64,000 nt of DNA from Minisyncoccia bacterium (GTDB lineage: Bacteria > Patescibacteriota > Minisyncoccia > UBA6257 > 2-01-FULL-56-20), in the NCBI GenBank assembly GCA_050008535.1, contig JBEKML010000001.1, positions 66,246-130,245 of the forward strand, in the 5' to 3' direction. Shown here one piece after another: positions 18,020-26,966 of this stretch; within the stretch, counting starts at the first letter, position 1; each line of letters begins with the position of its first letter. The translations under genes and the position numbers were made by a program. Under the pieces are notes generated by a model. The model was not told the DNA's origin and did not search any database. It saw only the letters and a program-made list of their open reading frames with translations.

Positions 18020-18089
18020 GCCAGCAAGAAGACCCTGTTTGAAAAGAGCCCTTCTTAGTACTCTTTTCAAACAGGGTCTTCTTGCTGGC
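18020..18089 (+). repeat. Conserved-loop long hairpin, copy B
   Basis: 29-bp perfect arms, loop CCCTTCTTAGTA. Confidence 0.92.
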
Positions 18090-18207
18090 TCATTCGATTA
18101 GAGGTATACTGTAACTAATAGCAAAATGCCCTTATCGAGAGGGCATTTTGCTTGAAGAGGGAGTATTGGAACCCCCTTGTAACCAGAGTCATTCTATTAC
18201 GTTCTCT

Positions 18208-18753
18208 ATGTTAGACGGTGAGCAAAAACTCATAAAAGACGCCGTCCAGGGTAAATCCTCGGCGTTCGGCCCCCTTTACGACCACTACCAACCGATGATC
18301 TATCGGTTCGTGTTCGTGAAAGTGGGCAGACGTGAGGATGCCGAGGATATTACCCACCAGGTCTTCCTTGCGGCGTGGCAGAACATCGGGAGCTACAAGC
18401 ACCGCGGGCATCCGTTCTCAAGCTGGCTCTACCAGATCGCGCGCAACCAGGTGGTTGACCACTATCGCGCGAAGAAGAGCGAGGTCAGTTTGGAAAAAAT
18501 GGATCCGGAATATTTCGTCGCTCCTGCAACCGCCCATTTTGATCTTTCAACAAAGCTTGAAATGGAAAAGGTGCGCGTTGCGATCGCCGGGCTGAAACCC
18601 GACTATCAGGACGTAATCGTTCTGCGATTCATTGAAGACCTGCCACTGAAGGAAGCCGCTCACGTATTAGAAAAGTCCGAGGGTGCCGTGAAGCTCATGC
18701 AGCATCGGGCGATCAAAGAACTGCAGCGGATGTTAGAGCAACAAAAGAATTAA
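18208..18753 (+). CDS. ECF RNA polymerase sigma factor
   Basis: DAEDITHQVF, FSSWLYQIARN, region-4 HTH. Confidence 0.92.
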   Translation: MLDGEQKLIKDAVQGKSSAFGPLYDHYQPMIYRFVFVKVGRREDAEDITHQVFLAAWQNIGSYKHRGHPFSSWLYQIARNQVVDHYRAKKSEVSLEKMDPEYFVAPATAHFDLSTKLEMEKVRVAIAGLKPDYQDVIVLRFIEDLPLKEAAHVLEKSEGAVKLMQHRAIKELQRMLEQQKN

Positions 18754-18756
18754 TCC

Positions 18757-19233
18757 ATGAATCTTTTTCAAATCCTCAAACAATTTAAAAACATAGAGCC
18801 GGATCCCGCGTTCAAGGAAACTTCCCGTCGGGCGATTTTAGCGTACAGGCCCGTGGCGCCCACGACGCATCTTTGGAGCGCACAGCGGACGCTTTGGAGG
18901 ATCATTGAAACGGGCGCTGCGGTGGCGCTCACCGGGTTTTTTGTACTCCTTATCACCGGAGCGTTCTCCGGTTCAAGGTTCGTCCCCGTTCAATATTCAG
19001 CCGTTGACCCCCAAAGTTTGCATGCGGAAGCCCAAGCAATCGACATTCAGATCCAGCTCGCGAATGTAACCTATGCGGAATCGGCGGTAGAATCCACTGT
19101 GCAGACCGCAGGGGGAAAGCTGCTGGGCAACCCAAAAAAGGCATCTTCTACCGCTCTCTCGGCAGCCAGGGGAACCACAGAAGCAACCTCAACGATAACC
19201 ATCGACCAAGCGCTTCAGGGACTCTCCCAGTAA
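18757..19233 (+). CDS. Single-pass membrane protein, putative anti-sigma factor
   Basis: Directly after the ECF sigma; IEPDPAF N-terminal region then TM. Confidence 0.6.
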   Translation: MNLFQILKQFKNIEPDPAFKETSRRAILAYRPVAPTTHLWSAQRTLWRIIETGAAVALTGFFVLLITGAFSGSRFVPVQYSAVDPQSLHAEAQAIDIQIQLANVTYAESAVESTVQTAGGKLLGNPKKASSTALSAARGTTEATSTITIDQALQGLSQ

Positions 19234-19240
19234 CCCTATT

Positions 19241-19999
19241 GTGAAAAACCCACGAACCGTTTTTATCGTGTTCTTTCTCTTGCTCCCGCCGCTCGCGGGA
19301 ATTTTCCTTGGTTCCGTAAACACGGCGCGGGCCGCCGACAACTGCATCATCACCTCGTCCGATCTTGATGCCGTAACGGCAGCGGCGGCACAGGGACTTA
19401 TGGCGGAACTCGCCGCGCGGAGAGCACTCCTTACAAGAACGATTGCGTGCGCCAAAGCCGAAGCCCAATCGCTCCAAAACAATCTGAACGGCCTTTCGGT
19501 GAGCGACGACGAAAAAACGATCCGCGCGCAACTTTCAGATAGGTTGAATGACGCGATGAACTATTACGATCTTGAACTTGAGAAGGTCGGCGGCGCGGGC
19601 ATCACGGGGACCCAAATCATCGCAAAAGAGGTGTTTGCGTGGCGCGGAAACAATTACAACTTCCTTGCGGCGCAGGTGGCGAACTTCACCCTCTGGGTAA
19701 AAAGCCAAAATCTTTTTGAAACTGCTCTGGCTCGTCTCCGTTCCGTAGAAAGCATTGTCTCATTCCTTGAACAGGCCGGGGCCCAGAACGAACTGCGAAG
19801 CAATCTTGCAAGCGCCCAGGTCCTGGTTCAGGCCGCACGCAATAAAAACGATTCGGCGAGGAATGCCTTTCTCCAATCGCTCCCGCCGGACCAGACGCTC
19901 GCCCTCATCCAGCAATCGCTCCAATCCCTCTCGGATGCCTATCAAAAATTCTTTGACATAAGCACCGTCGTCCAGACGCTCCTGCCCATAAAGCCGTAA
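19241..19999 (+). CDS. Secreted helical protein
   Basis: Signal peptide; amphipathic helices. Confidence 0.7.
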   Translation: MKNPRTVFIVFFLLLPPLAGIFLGSVNTARAADNCIITSSDLDAVTAAAAQGLMAELAARRALLTRTIACAKAEAQSLQNNLNGLSVSDDEKTIRAQLSDRLNDAMNYYDLELEKVGGAGITGTQIIAKEVFAWRGNNYNFLAAQVANFTLWVKSQNLFETALARLRSVESIVSFLEQAGAQNELRSNLASAQVLVQAARNKNDSARNAFLQSLPPDQTLALIQQSLQSLSDAYQKFFDISTVVQTLLPIKP

Positions 20000-20000
20000 C

Positions 20001-20033
20001 AAGAAAGACCCCGCAACCGGCGGGGTCTTTCTT
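20001..20033. terminator. Bidirectional intrinsic terminator
   Basis: AAGAAAGACCCCGC-AACCG-GCGGGGTCTTTCTT between convergent genes. Confidence 0.8.
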
Positions 20034-20069
20034 TGCAAACTTTTAGAGTAAAGGATCCTTTGCTTGCTC

Positions 20070-20345
20070 CTACAATACCGCTTCTTTGAGCAGCTTCCCT
20101 GCGCGGAACTTCGGCTTCACGGATGCCTTGATCTGTATCTTCTCGCCCGTTTTGGGGTTCCGGCCTTCGCGCGCAGCGCGCTTTGCCACACGGAACGTAC
20201 CGAAGCCCGTGATCGCCACCTCTTCGCCGTGGCTCATCGTCTTCACGATCGTGTCAAAAACGGCTTCTACTACCCGCTCCGCCGCTACCTTTGTCTCAAT
20301 CTCCGCGGCCTTCATCACAGCCTCAACCAATCCTTTTTTATTCAT
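20070..20345 (-). CDS. hup: DNA-binding protein HU
   Basis: GFGTF...RAAREGRNPKTGEKIQI..PKFRAGK. Confidence 0.96.
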   Translation of the reverse strand: MNKKGLVEAVMKAAEIETKVAAERVVEAVFDTIVKTMSHGEEVAITGFGTFRVAKRAAREGRNPKTGEKIQIKASVKPKFRAGKLLKEAVL

Positions 20346-20424
20346 TGATGATGGTTACGTTTTCCCGACCTTTGATATCAGTTCCCCATTAGTATAGCAA
20401 ATACAGGGGGAAAGAAGCAAAACG

Positions 20425-20452
20425 CAAAAGGCCCCCTCGCGGGGGCCTTTTG
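20425..20452 (-). terminator. Intrinsic terminator after the S-layer gene
   Basis: CAAAAGGCCCCC-TCGC-GGGGGCCTTTTG. Confidence 0.75.
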
Positions 20453-20497
20453 GTTTCCGCTCCGTCACAAGCGGAGGGAAAGTTCGTTCCCTATTCG

Positions 20498-23400
20498 TTA
20501 GTTGCCCAACGGGTAGGTCACGGAGTTCACGATGAGCGGGACGATCGCCGTCGGCAAGATAGTTGCCGGCGTCGATGAGGCGTCCAGCGCGTCGGTGTAC
20601 GAGACATCGCCAGCGTTCTGGATGTTCGCCGAGAGCGATTCTGCGGTGTTCGGAACCACAGAAGCGAGTTGGCTGTTTATCCGAAGCTGGAACGCGTACG
20701 GACTGCCGGCGGAAATCTGGAAACCGGTGTTGAACAACCAGGTCATCCATCCGCCCGTGGTCGTTGTCGCGTTCGTGGACGTCGCTTCACCAGCCGTTAC
20801 AACGTTGTTGCCGTTCGCGTCATAGAGCTGCGCGGACGCAAGAAGGGTTGTAGTGGCGCTCGAGGTGAATGCGCTGCCACCAAAGGTGATCGTGAGCTTG
20901 TTCAACGACACCGAACCGGCGCTGTTCGCCGTAAGAGTGACGCTGCCCAAGATATCAGGATTTGACTTCGAGTGGCTTGAGCCGCCGAGCGGAGTTACGC
21001 TCGCCGTAAGCACACTGCGCAATACCGTCACCGCGTTGCCCGTAGCGCCGGATACCGACGAAACGGTTGCAGTCCGGTTCGAGGTTGCCCCCAAAGCCGT
21101 CACTGCGGTCGTCGTTGCAACACTGAACGTGTGGCCCGACGCATCTGTCGCACCAGCAGAGTAATAGGTCGCCGCATCACCTTTCAGAGTGAGCGAGACC
21201 GAATTTGCCTGCGGAACGATGACTGGATTCGCGAAGTGGAACCCGTAGTTGTAGGTCGAACTGCCGCCGCCGTTCGCGAAAACTCCCGAGGCGGCCGTAA
21301 CGCCGGTGACACCCGGAATTACTAAGTAGCTAAAGCCATTACCGACTACACCTGGGGTGACCGCGGTAAGTACCACCGCGTTGCCAGTGGTAGAAGCAGC
21401 CGTTATGCCGAGACCAGTCGCACCATTGACAGCTGCAGCGATGGCTGCTGCCACCGTTGAGCTCGTTGATCCCGTACCGAGCGATGCTGTGTATACCGTG
21501 GTAGAACCATTACCAAAGCCAATGGTAAGACCAATGGTTCCGGTAGCGGTCGTCGAAGCAACAGCAGTCTGAATGCCTAAGGCCGTGGCAGTAATGGTTG
21601 AGCTTGCCGCCACATTGGTCGCGGTCCCTGTTGAAGATGCGGTACCGGCTGTGCCGAGGTTTGTGGAACCGCTCCACAAGCTAAGGTTGCTGAACGCCGC
21701 TTTCGCGTTCGGAGCAGCCGTGTCGGTCACCGTAAAGTCAGTCACCTTCACATTTTCAACGTTGGACGTTTCCGTGAGGCGGAAGATGCCAAGGGTGTTA
21801 CCCGTGGAACCCATCACAACCAAACCCGCCGGAGGCTCCGTAGAATCAGCGCTAACTGCGATCGTCGCTGCGCCCGCGAAGGTCAGATTCTGGCCGTTCA
21901 CGGAGTTCGCCAAGCTGACCGCAGCATTGGAGACAAGACCCGTACCGGAGAGAGCCGTAAGGATGGTCGCCGGAGCAATAAGGGTACCCGTCGCCGCTGA
22001 AGAAAGGGTGTCTGCGTAGACATCCACGCTCACTGTGGTGCCAGCAGGAACCGTGAAGGGTGATCCCGAGAACGCGTAGGCCGTTCCTCCCGTTACCACA
22101 CCCACCGTTGTGCCGAACTGCACACCACCGACTTTAACTCTCAAGTTCTGGAAGTATGAGCTGCTCGCCTGAATGCTCAGGTTAGAGATGCTCACGCCTT
22201 CAGCCGAGGACGCCGTAAGAGCGTACGAACCGATTTTCTGGTTTGTCACGCCCGCCGAAACGCTCTGGTTGCCCATTGCATTGTTCTGTCCAACGGTAAG
22301 GTTGGAAGAAGCAAGCGAAAGGGCGCTGCCCTGCGCGCCAGCAGAAGAGACCGTCTGACTCGAGATCAAGCCCTGCAAGTTGCCGGAGTTGCCCGTCAGG
22401 CTCGCAGTGAGAGTCGAGAAGTCCGCCGTGGTCTGTATATCGGCCTTAAGCGAAAGGACGCGAGTCGTGTTCGCCGGGACAATATAATTGATCGGTGATG
22501 CCGATGTGCCGAAGCAATCGTACACAACAGATCCAGTAGCGGCGCCGTTCCACGGGAGAGCGCTTGTGCCAGCCGACACGGGTGTGCCGTTGTTGTCGCA
22601 AGCGTTGCCTGATGGAGGCGTGTTAACGGTGCTGCCCACCTGACCACCCGCGTCGTCCGCCAAAGAGATATTTCTTACCTCATTGGAGAGCGTCGTGGTA
22701 GCGGCGCCGAAGGTGAGCGCGAAGGTCAGGAATTTGATCTTGACCGGCTCGCCTGCAGCGTAGACGTCAAACTTCGCAAGGGTGATTTGTGATTGTCCCT
22801 TTGCGATGTTGCCCGTCGGGGTCGCAGAGTCCTGCGTAACGGTGATCTGACCCTTTTGGATCGTCACCAGTTCCGAGGAAGCTGTGCCGCCGTTGTTTGC
22901 CACTGTAATCGGGACGTTGTACTGGCTGTCAACCGCGAGGACGTCGTAGGCGTTCAGGATCTCAAACTGGAAGTTATAGGAAGGAGATCCCGCAACGTCT
23001 GCAAAGACCTGGATGTTGTTGGAGCCGGTGTTCAACTGGCCCGGGGCGGCGGAGGCATCAAAGTAGGCCGTGCCGTCCTGGTTAACCGTAGCCAGGGTAG
23101 CGCCCACCTGCGTGCCATTCACCATGAGCTTCACGTTCCGGATGTCGCCTTTGTTGGCGGAACCGATAACGCGGAAGTTCAATCCTTTGAGCCAAACCTT
23201 GCTGTTTCCGCCCGCGAAGCTCCAGGCGCCAACAAGGTTATTCTGCGTACCTGCCGTCACCGATGTGCCGATCGCGGAAGACGCAATCGTCAATGTGGCG
23301 AGACAGGGGTTTGAAACGGTCGTCACCGTAAAGGTGCTGCCACTCGTCGGGAACACGCCTGCTGGGGTTACCGCATTGCCCGAAGCGTCCGTCGCCGTAA

Positions 23401-24286
23401 CGTCGGATGCAGCGTTCAATGAGAAGCCCGTGGTGTTGCCGGCAGAAAGTCCGCCCGCAACGTCAATCGCAAGCGTAAGATTCACCGTTTGACCAGCAGG
23501 AATGGAAAGGTTCATGCCGTTAAAGCTTACAACTCCATTAGAGATCGAGTTGTATTGCGCGAGTACTTTCCCATTCTGCGTCAAATACGCACCCGAAACA
23601 GAGCTGTCCGCCAAGACGCCCGTCTTGTGGAAGTTCACCGACGAGAGCGTTACCGCTCCGGAGTTCCCCGCGGTGAAGCTCACCGCGAAGACCGGGACCC
23701 GGGCCGCGCCCGTGGAACCCGTGCCACAAGAAGCGCTGTTGCTCGTAATGAGCGAACCAGCCGCCGGGTTGTTGGCCGCCATGCTGACCGCGAGGCCAGT
23801 CGCAGGAGCAACTACCGGCGGAATTCCGGGAGTACCAGGAGTGCCGGGAGTACCAGGGTTGCCAACCGCCATAGAATTCACGAATGCCCTGGTTTTAGGA
23901 CCAAAGTATCCGGCTGTAGGAGAGATACCGCTTGCCGCCTGGAATTTTCCGAGCGCCGCCTGGGTCAAAGACCCAAAGTAGCCCGTCGGAGCCGAAACGG
24001 CAGTGAGGTATCCCCTATTGATCAGGAGCTGTTGGAGCGCGGTTACATCATCGCCCCTTGAACCCACGGTGAGGTCGCGGGTGAAAGAGTACGAGGACGT
24101 GAAGCCCGTGCCCTGCGTGCTTCCCAATTGTGCCTGCAGCTGTTGGATCTGCGCGAGCAAAGCCGTGATCTGAGCCTGAAGGCCAGATGCGGTCTGTGCG
24201 TTCGCGAGAGGCAACGCAGCGAGTCCTACGCCCCACAGAATGGTGGTAGCAGTAAGGACTGCAGAAACTAATTTCTTACTATTCAT
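20498..24286 (-). CDS. Large secreted S-layer-like protein with peptidoglycan-binding domain and tandem Ig-like domains
   Basis: Signal peptide, LQAQITALLAQIQQLQ coil, FTRDLTVGSRGDDVTALQQLL...TGYFG..T, Ser/Thr/Ala-rich beta repeats. Confidence 0.85.
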   Translation of the reverse strand: MNSKKLVSAVLTATTILWGVGLAALPLANAQTASGLQAQITALLAQIQQLQAQLGSTQGTGFTSSYSFTRDLTVGSRGDDVTALQQLLINRGYLTAVSAPTGYFGSLTQAALGKFQAASGISPTAGYFGPKTRAFVNSMAVGNPGTPGTPGTPGIPPVVAPATGLAVSMAANNPAAGSLITSNSASCGTGSTGAARVPVFAVSFTAGNSGAVTLSSVNFHKTGVLADSSVSGAYLTQNGKVLAQYNSISNGVVSFNGMNLSIPAGQTVNLTLAIDVAGGLSAGNTTGFSLNAASDVTATDASGNAVTPAGVFPTSGSTFTVTTVSNPCLATLTIASSAIGTSVTAGTQNNLVGAWSFAGGNSKVWLKGLNFRVIGSANKGDIRNVKLMVNGTQVGATLATVNQDGTAYFDASAAPGQLNTGSNNIQVFADVAGSPSYNFQFEILNAYDVLAVDSQYNVPITVANNGGTASSELVTIQKGQITVTQDSATPTGNIAKGQSQITLAKFDVYAAGEPVKIKFLTFALTFGAATTTLSNEVRNISLADDAGGQVGSTVNTPPSGNACDNNGTPVSAGTSALPWNGAATGSVVYDCFGTSASPINYIVPANTTRVLSLKADIQTTADFSTLTASLTGNSGNLQGLISSQTVSSAGAQGSALSLASSNLTVGQNNAMGNQSVSAGVTNQKIGSYALTASSAEGVSISNLSIQASSSYFQNLRVKVGGVQFGTTVGVVTGGTAYAFSGSPFTVPAGTTVSVDVYADTLSSAATGTLIAPATILTALSGTGLVSNAAVSLANSVNGQNLTFAGAATIAVSADSTEPPAGLVVMGSTGNTLGIFRLTETSNVENVKVTDFTVTDTAAPNAKAAFSNLSLWSGSTNLGTAGTASSTGTATNVAASSTITATALGIQTAVASTTATGTIGLTIGFGNGSTTVYTASLGTGSTSSTVAAAIAAAVNGATGLGITAASTTGNAVVLTAVTPGVVGNGFSYLVIPGVTGVTAASGVFANGGGSSTYNYGFHFANPVIVPQANSVSLTLKGDAATYYSAGATDASGHTFSVATTTAVTALGATSNRTATVSSVSGATGNAVTVLRSVLTASVTPLGGSSHSKSNPDILGSVTLTANSAGSVSLNKLTITFGGSAFTSSATTTLLASAQLYDANGNNVVTAGEATSTNATTTTGGWMTWLFNTGFQISAGSPYAFQLRINSQLASVVPNTAESLSANIQNAGDVSYTDALDASSTPATILPTAIVPLIVNSVTYPLGN

Positions 24287-24597
24287 TATTATTTTGATTT
24301 TTCGACAGTTTTGTTTTGATCTCGACCTTTGGAATCCATTATGGATTCAAAGACCGTCGACCTTTGGTTTTTGTGCTTGTTCTGGAACCGCTTTCCCCAT
24401 CCTTATCCGCGATCGCCGTGAGGTTGCGACGGCGGGAAGAATGAAGAAGGCGGGATTGATATCTTGTGGATAAAAAAGAAAAAACCCGCTTTTTGGGCGA
24501 GGCTGGGGCTACCACAAAGAAACACAAGGGAAAACCAATTGGCCCAGCCTCACACTGAACCTTTACAGTTAATTATAACGCAAAAGCCCTGGAAAGG

Positions 24598-25272
24598 TTA
24601 CCCCGCCGGAGCTCTGGGGATATCTTGTTTTACCCTGTAAAACACAGAAGGGCCACCGCCTCCTATTCTTTCTACGAGGCTTTGTTCGAGAAGGGCCTGG
24701 AGATCATATCTGATCGTCCTTTCACTGCAATCCGGAAAAAGTTCCTGTATATCTTTAATCCGGCAATTGCCGGATTGCCGGATTTTCTCTAAAATTGCCG
24801 CTTGCCGAGCTGTAGCTCTTTCGCCGCCATTCCCTTCGTTGCTATCAACCTCAGCGGTAGTCTCAATTTCTTTTGCCGGTTGTCTTTGCCGCTTTGCCGT
24901 ATGGTTTGCCGGAAACAATTCCCCGTGTCCAGAAAAAATATCGTCTAAAAAGACTTCCTCTGTGTTTACAGCTTTCTCTGGTCCGGCAATTGCCGCATTC
25001 ATCGATGCAAGCTGTGAAATGATAATTTCTTTATTCGCTTCATGGATCAACCCAACGTCCCCGCCAAATCTCACCAAGTACTCAATCGCCCTGGAAACCG
25101 TGCTCACCCATGCATAATTCTCTACCGTTGCCGCATCTAAAAGCGACAAGGCCTGGCGCTCAAGGTGCTCTTTTAGAGGGCTGCTTGCCGTCCGGGACCC
25201 GATCCGGAAAACCGCATAGCTGATTTCGTAGGCCTTCTTCAGAACAAACTGCATTTTGCCGGATTCCTTCAT
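24598..25272 (-). CDS. Protein with C-terminal DeoR-like winged HTH
   Basis: RQAAILEKI...IKDI...CSERTIRYDLQALLEQSLVERIG. Confidence 0.8.
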   Translation of the reverse strand: MKESGKMQFVLKKAYEISYAVFRIGSRTASSPLKEHLERQALSLLDAATVENYAWVSTVSRAIEYLVRFGGDVGLIHEANKEIIISQLASMNAAIAGPEKAVNTEEVFLDDIFSGHGELFPANHTAKRQRQPAKEIETTAEVDSNEGNGGERATARQAAILEKIRQSGNCRIKDIQELFPDCSERTIRYDLQALLEQSLVERIGGGGPSVFYRVKQDIPRAPAG

Positions 25273-25316
25273 ACGGCAAAGCATAATCCGGCAATGCGGC
25301 ATTCGTCAAGGTGCTA

Positions 25317-25386
25317 GGAGCAGGGAGAAGATGCTTTGAAATGAGCCCTTCTTAGTACTCATTTCAAAGCATCTTCTCCCTGCTCC
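25317..25386 (+). repeat. Conserved-loop long hairpin, copy C
   Basis: 29-bp perfect arms, loop CCCTTCTTAGTA. Confidence 0.92.
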
Positions 25387-25403
25387 ATTGCCGCTTTGCC
25401 GGA

Positions 25404-26201
25404 TTACTTCTTTTGGAGAATTTTTTCCGCCTCTTGCAGTTTCTCTAACGTTCCGCAGTCTAGGCGGCGGCCGGGGAATTCCCATCCGTAAAGCTTCTTT
25501 TTGAGAACCAGGTCGATCTGCAGGGCAACCGCGAGGGGTAGGGCATCGTCCGCGACGACCGGGAGGGTATCCGCAACTATCTTTAGATTCCTCAGAATGT
25601 CGGGCGTGAGCACATATCCCCCGACGATTATAAGGTTAGAGGGCGCATCTTTCTTCTTTGGCTTCTCGATAATTTTTTTTATCTGGTATATCTTCCCGCC
25701 CCAAAAAGAACGGTACTTCCTCGTTTTTTTGAACCCGATCACTCCGAACCGTGAAACTTTGTTCTTTGGTACGCGCTCAAGGAGCACAATGGACGCCCGG
25801 TAACGGTCAAAAAGATCGAGCAAGCCGCGAAGAGCGGGGGGGTCCCCTAAAAGAATATCGTCGCAGAAACGTACCGCAAAAGGCTCATTTTCCACGATAT
25901 CATAGGCCTTTGTAAGAGCGTGACCGTTCCCGCCCGGCGTTTCCTGTACCCTTATAGAGAAAGTAAGGGTGGGAAATTTTTTCTGGTTCTTTTTTATATA
26001 TGCCCCAAAATCCTCACGATGTTTCGGGCTCACAATAAGCACTACCTCCTTTATCCCACAAGAAACCGCTTCTTCTAGTACGTATTCCAAGAGCGGTCTT
26101 CCATTCACCGGAATAAGGTTTTTAGGCATACGCTTGGTGAGGGGAAGTAGCCGCTTTCCCAGCCCAGCGATTGGCAGTATCAACTTAGTTACTCTAGGCA
26201 C
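25404..26201 (-). CDS. galU: UTP--glucose-1-phosphate uridylyltransferase-like sugar nucleotidyltransferase
   Basis: PIAGLGKRLLPLTK..PK, GNGHA, IIEKP..APSNL, DCG. Confidence 0.75.
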   Translation of the reverse strand: MPRVTKLILPIAGLGKRLLPLTKRMPKNLIPVNGRPLLEYVLEEAVSCGIKEVVLIVSPKHREDFGAYIKKNQKKFPTLTFSIRVQETPGGNGHALTKAYDIVENEPFAVRFCDDILLGDPPALRGLLDLFDRYRASIVLLERVPKNKVSRFGVIGFKKTRKYRSFWGGKIYQIKKIIEKPKKKDAPSNLIIVGGYVLTPDILRNLKIVADTLPVVADDALPLAVALQIDLVLKKKLYGWEFPGRRLDCGTLEKLQEAEKILQKK

Positions 26202-26240
26202 GTAGAATATTGTAGTGCATCACCGTAAAAATAACAAAAG

Positions 26241-26966
26241 CTACAGCCCCCAGCGCGCCGAACCTAAAACGACAACAAAGAGGGTAAACACGGTCATGGC
26301 AGTGGTAAGGATCTTTGTGCGCGAGAGGCCCGTGGAGAAATGTTCCTGGAGAAGCTCGACAAGGAGAACGACCACAAGAAAGACCAGTGCGGACTGGTAA
26401 ATAAAATCGAGCGGGAGGAAAAGCCCTGCGATAAGCGTTTGGGCAAGAAGAAGGAACGAAAACCATCCAGCCATATGTTCCTCGCGGCGGCGAAAATGCG
26501 CCTCGACAGGCCCCTCGCCGCTCAACGCATCAAGAAAGCTCCGCACCAGGAGCGCGAGCGCGGCGGCGGCAAGGAATGCATACCAAAGCGCCCAACCCTC
26601 TATCCCCTCGTCAAATTTCATGTAAAAACCGCGCAGGAGCAGAAATGAGAGCGCAAGAACCAGAAGCTCGTACGCGGACCGCCGGTCGATCACAAGCAGG
26701 TCCTTGATAAGAAAGATTGCGTAGAAGATCGCGCCGAAAACCAGCACAAAAAGCGCGCTGGGGGGCTGTGTATAAGAGAGGACGAGAAGAACAAAAAAAG
26801 GAACGGCGAGCTTTCGGGATTGGAAGAGCGGGACAAAATAAAGGTAGAGCGCGACAAAAAAGAACAGCCAGAACGGGAGCCAAAACCACGCAAGCGCAAA
26901 AACGGCAGCCTTAAGAAGTAAAGACCAGTGAATCTGCCTTGAAATTGACTTTAACCTTGCCGCCAT
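26241..26966 (-). CDS. Polytopic membrane protein
   Basis: About 8 hydrophobic segments; start uncertain, overlaps the clpB end. Confidence 0.75.
   Translation of the reverse strand: MAARLKSISRQIHWSLLLKAAVFALAWFWLPFWLFFFVALYLYFVPLFQSRKLAVPFFVLLVLSYTQPPSALFVLVFGAIFYAIFLIKDLLVIDRRSAYELLVLALSFLLLRGFYMKFDEGIEGWALWYAFLAAAALALLVRSFLDALSGEGPVEAHFRRREEHMAGWFSFLLLAQTLIAGLFLPLDFIYQSALVFLVVVLLVELLQEHFSTGLSRTKILTTAMTVFTLFVVVLGSARWGL

Noticed and set aside
18123-18149. Hairpin AAAATGCCCT/AGGGCATTTT as a sixth family member
   Set aside because: Short stem, and it lacks the CCCTTCT(T/G)AGTA loop.
23818-23862. GTPGTPGTPGIP repeat as a DNA tandem repeat or contingency locus
   Set aside because: Synonymous codons differ between units, so it is an ordinary protein linker.
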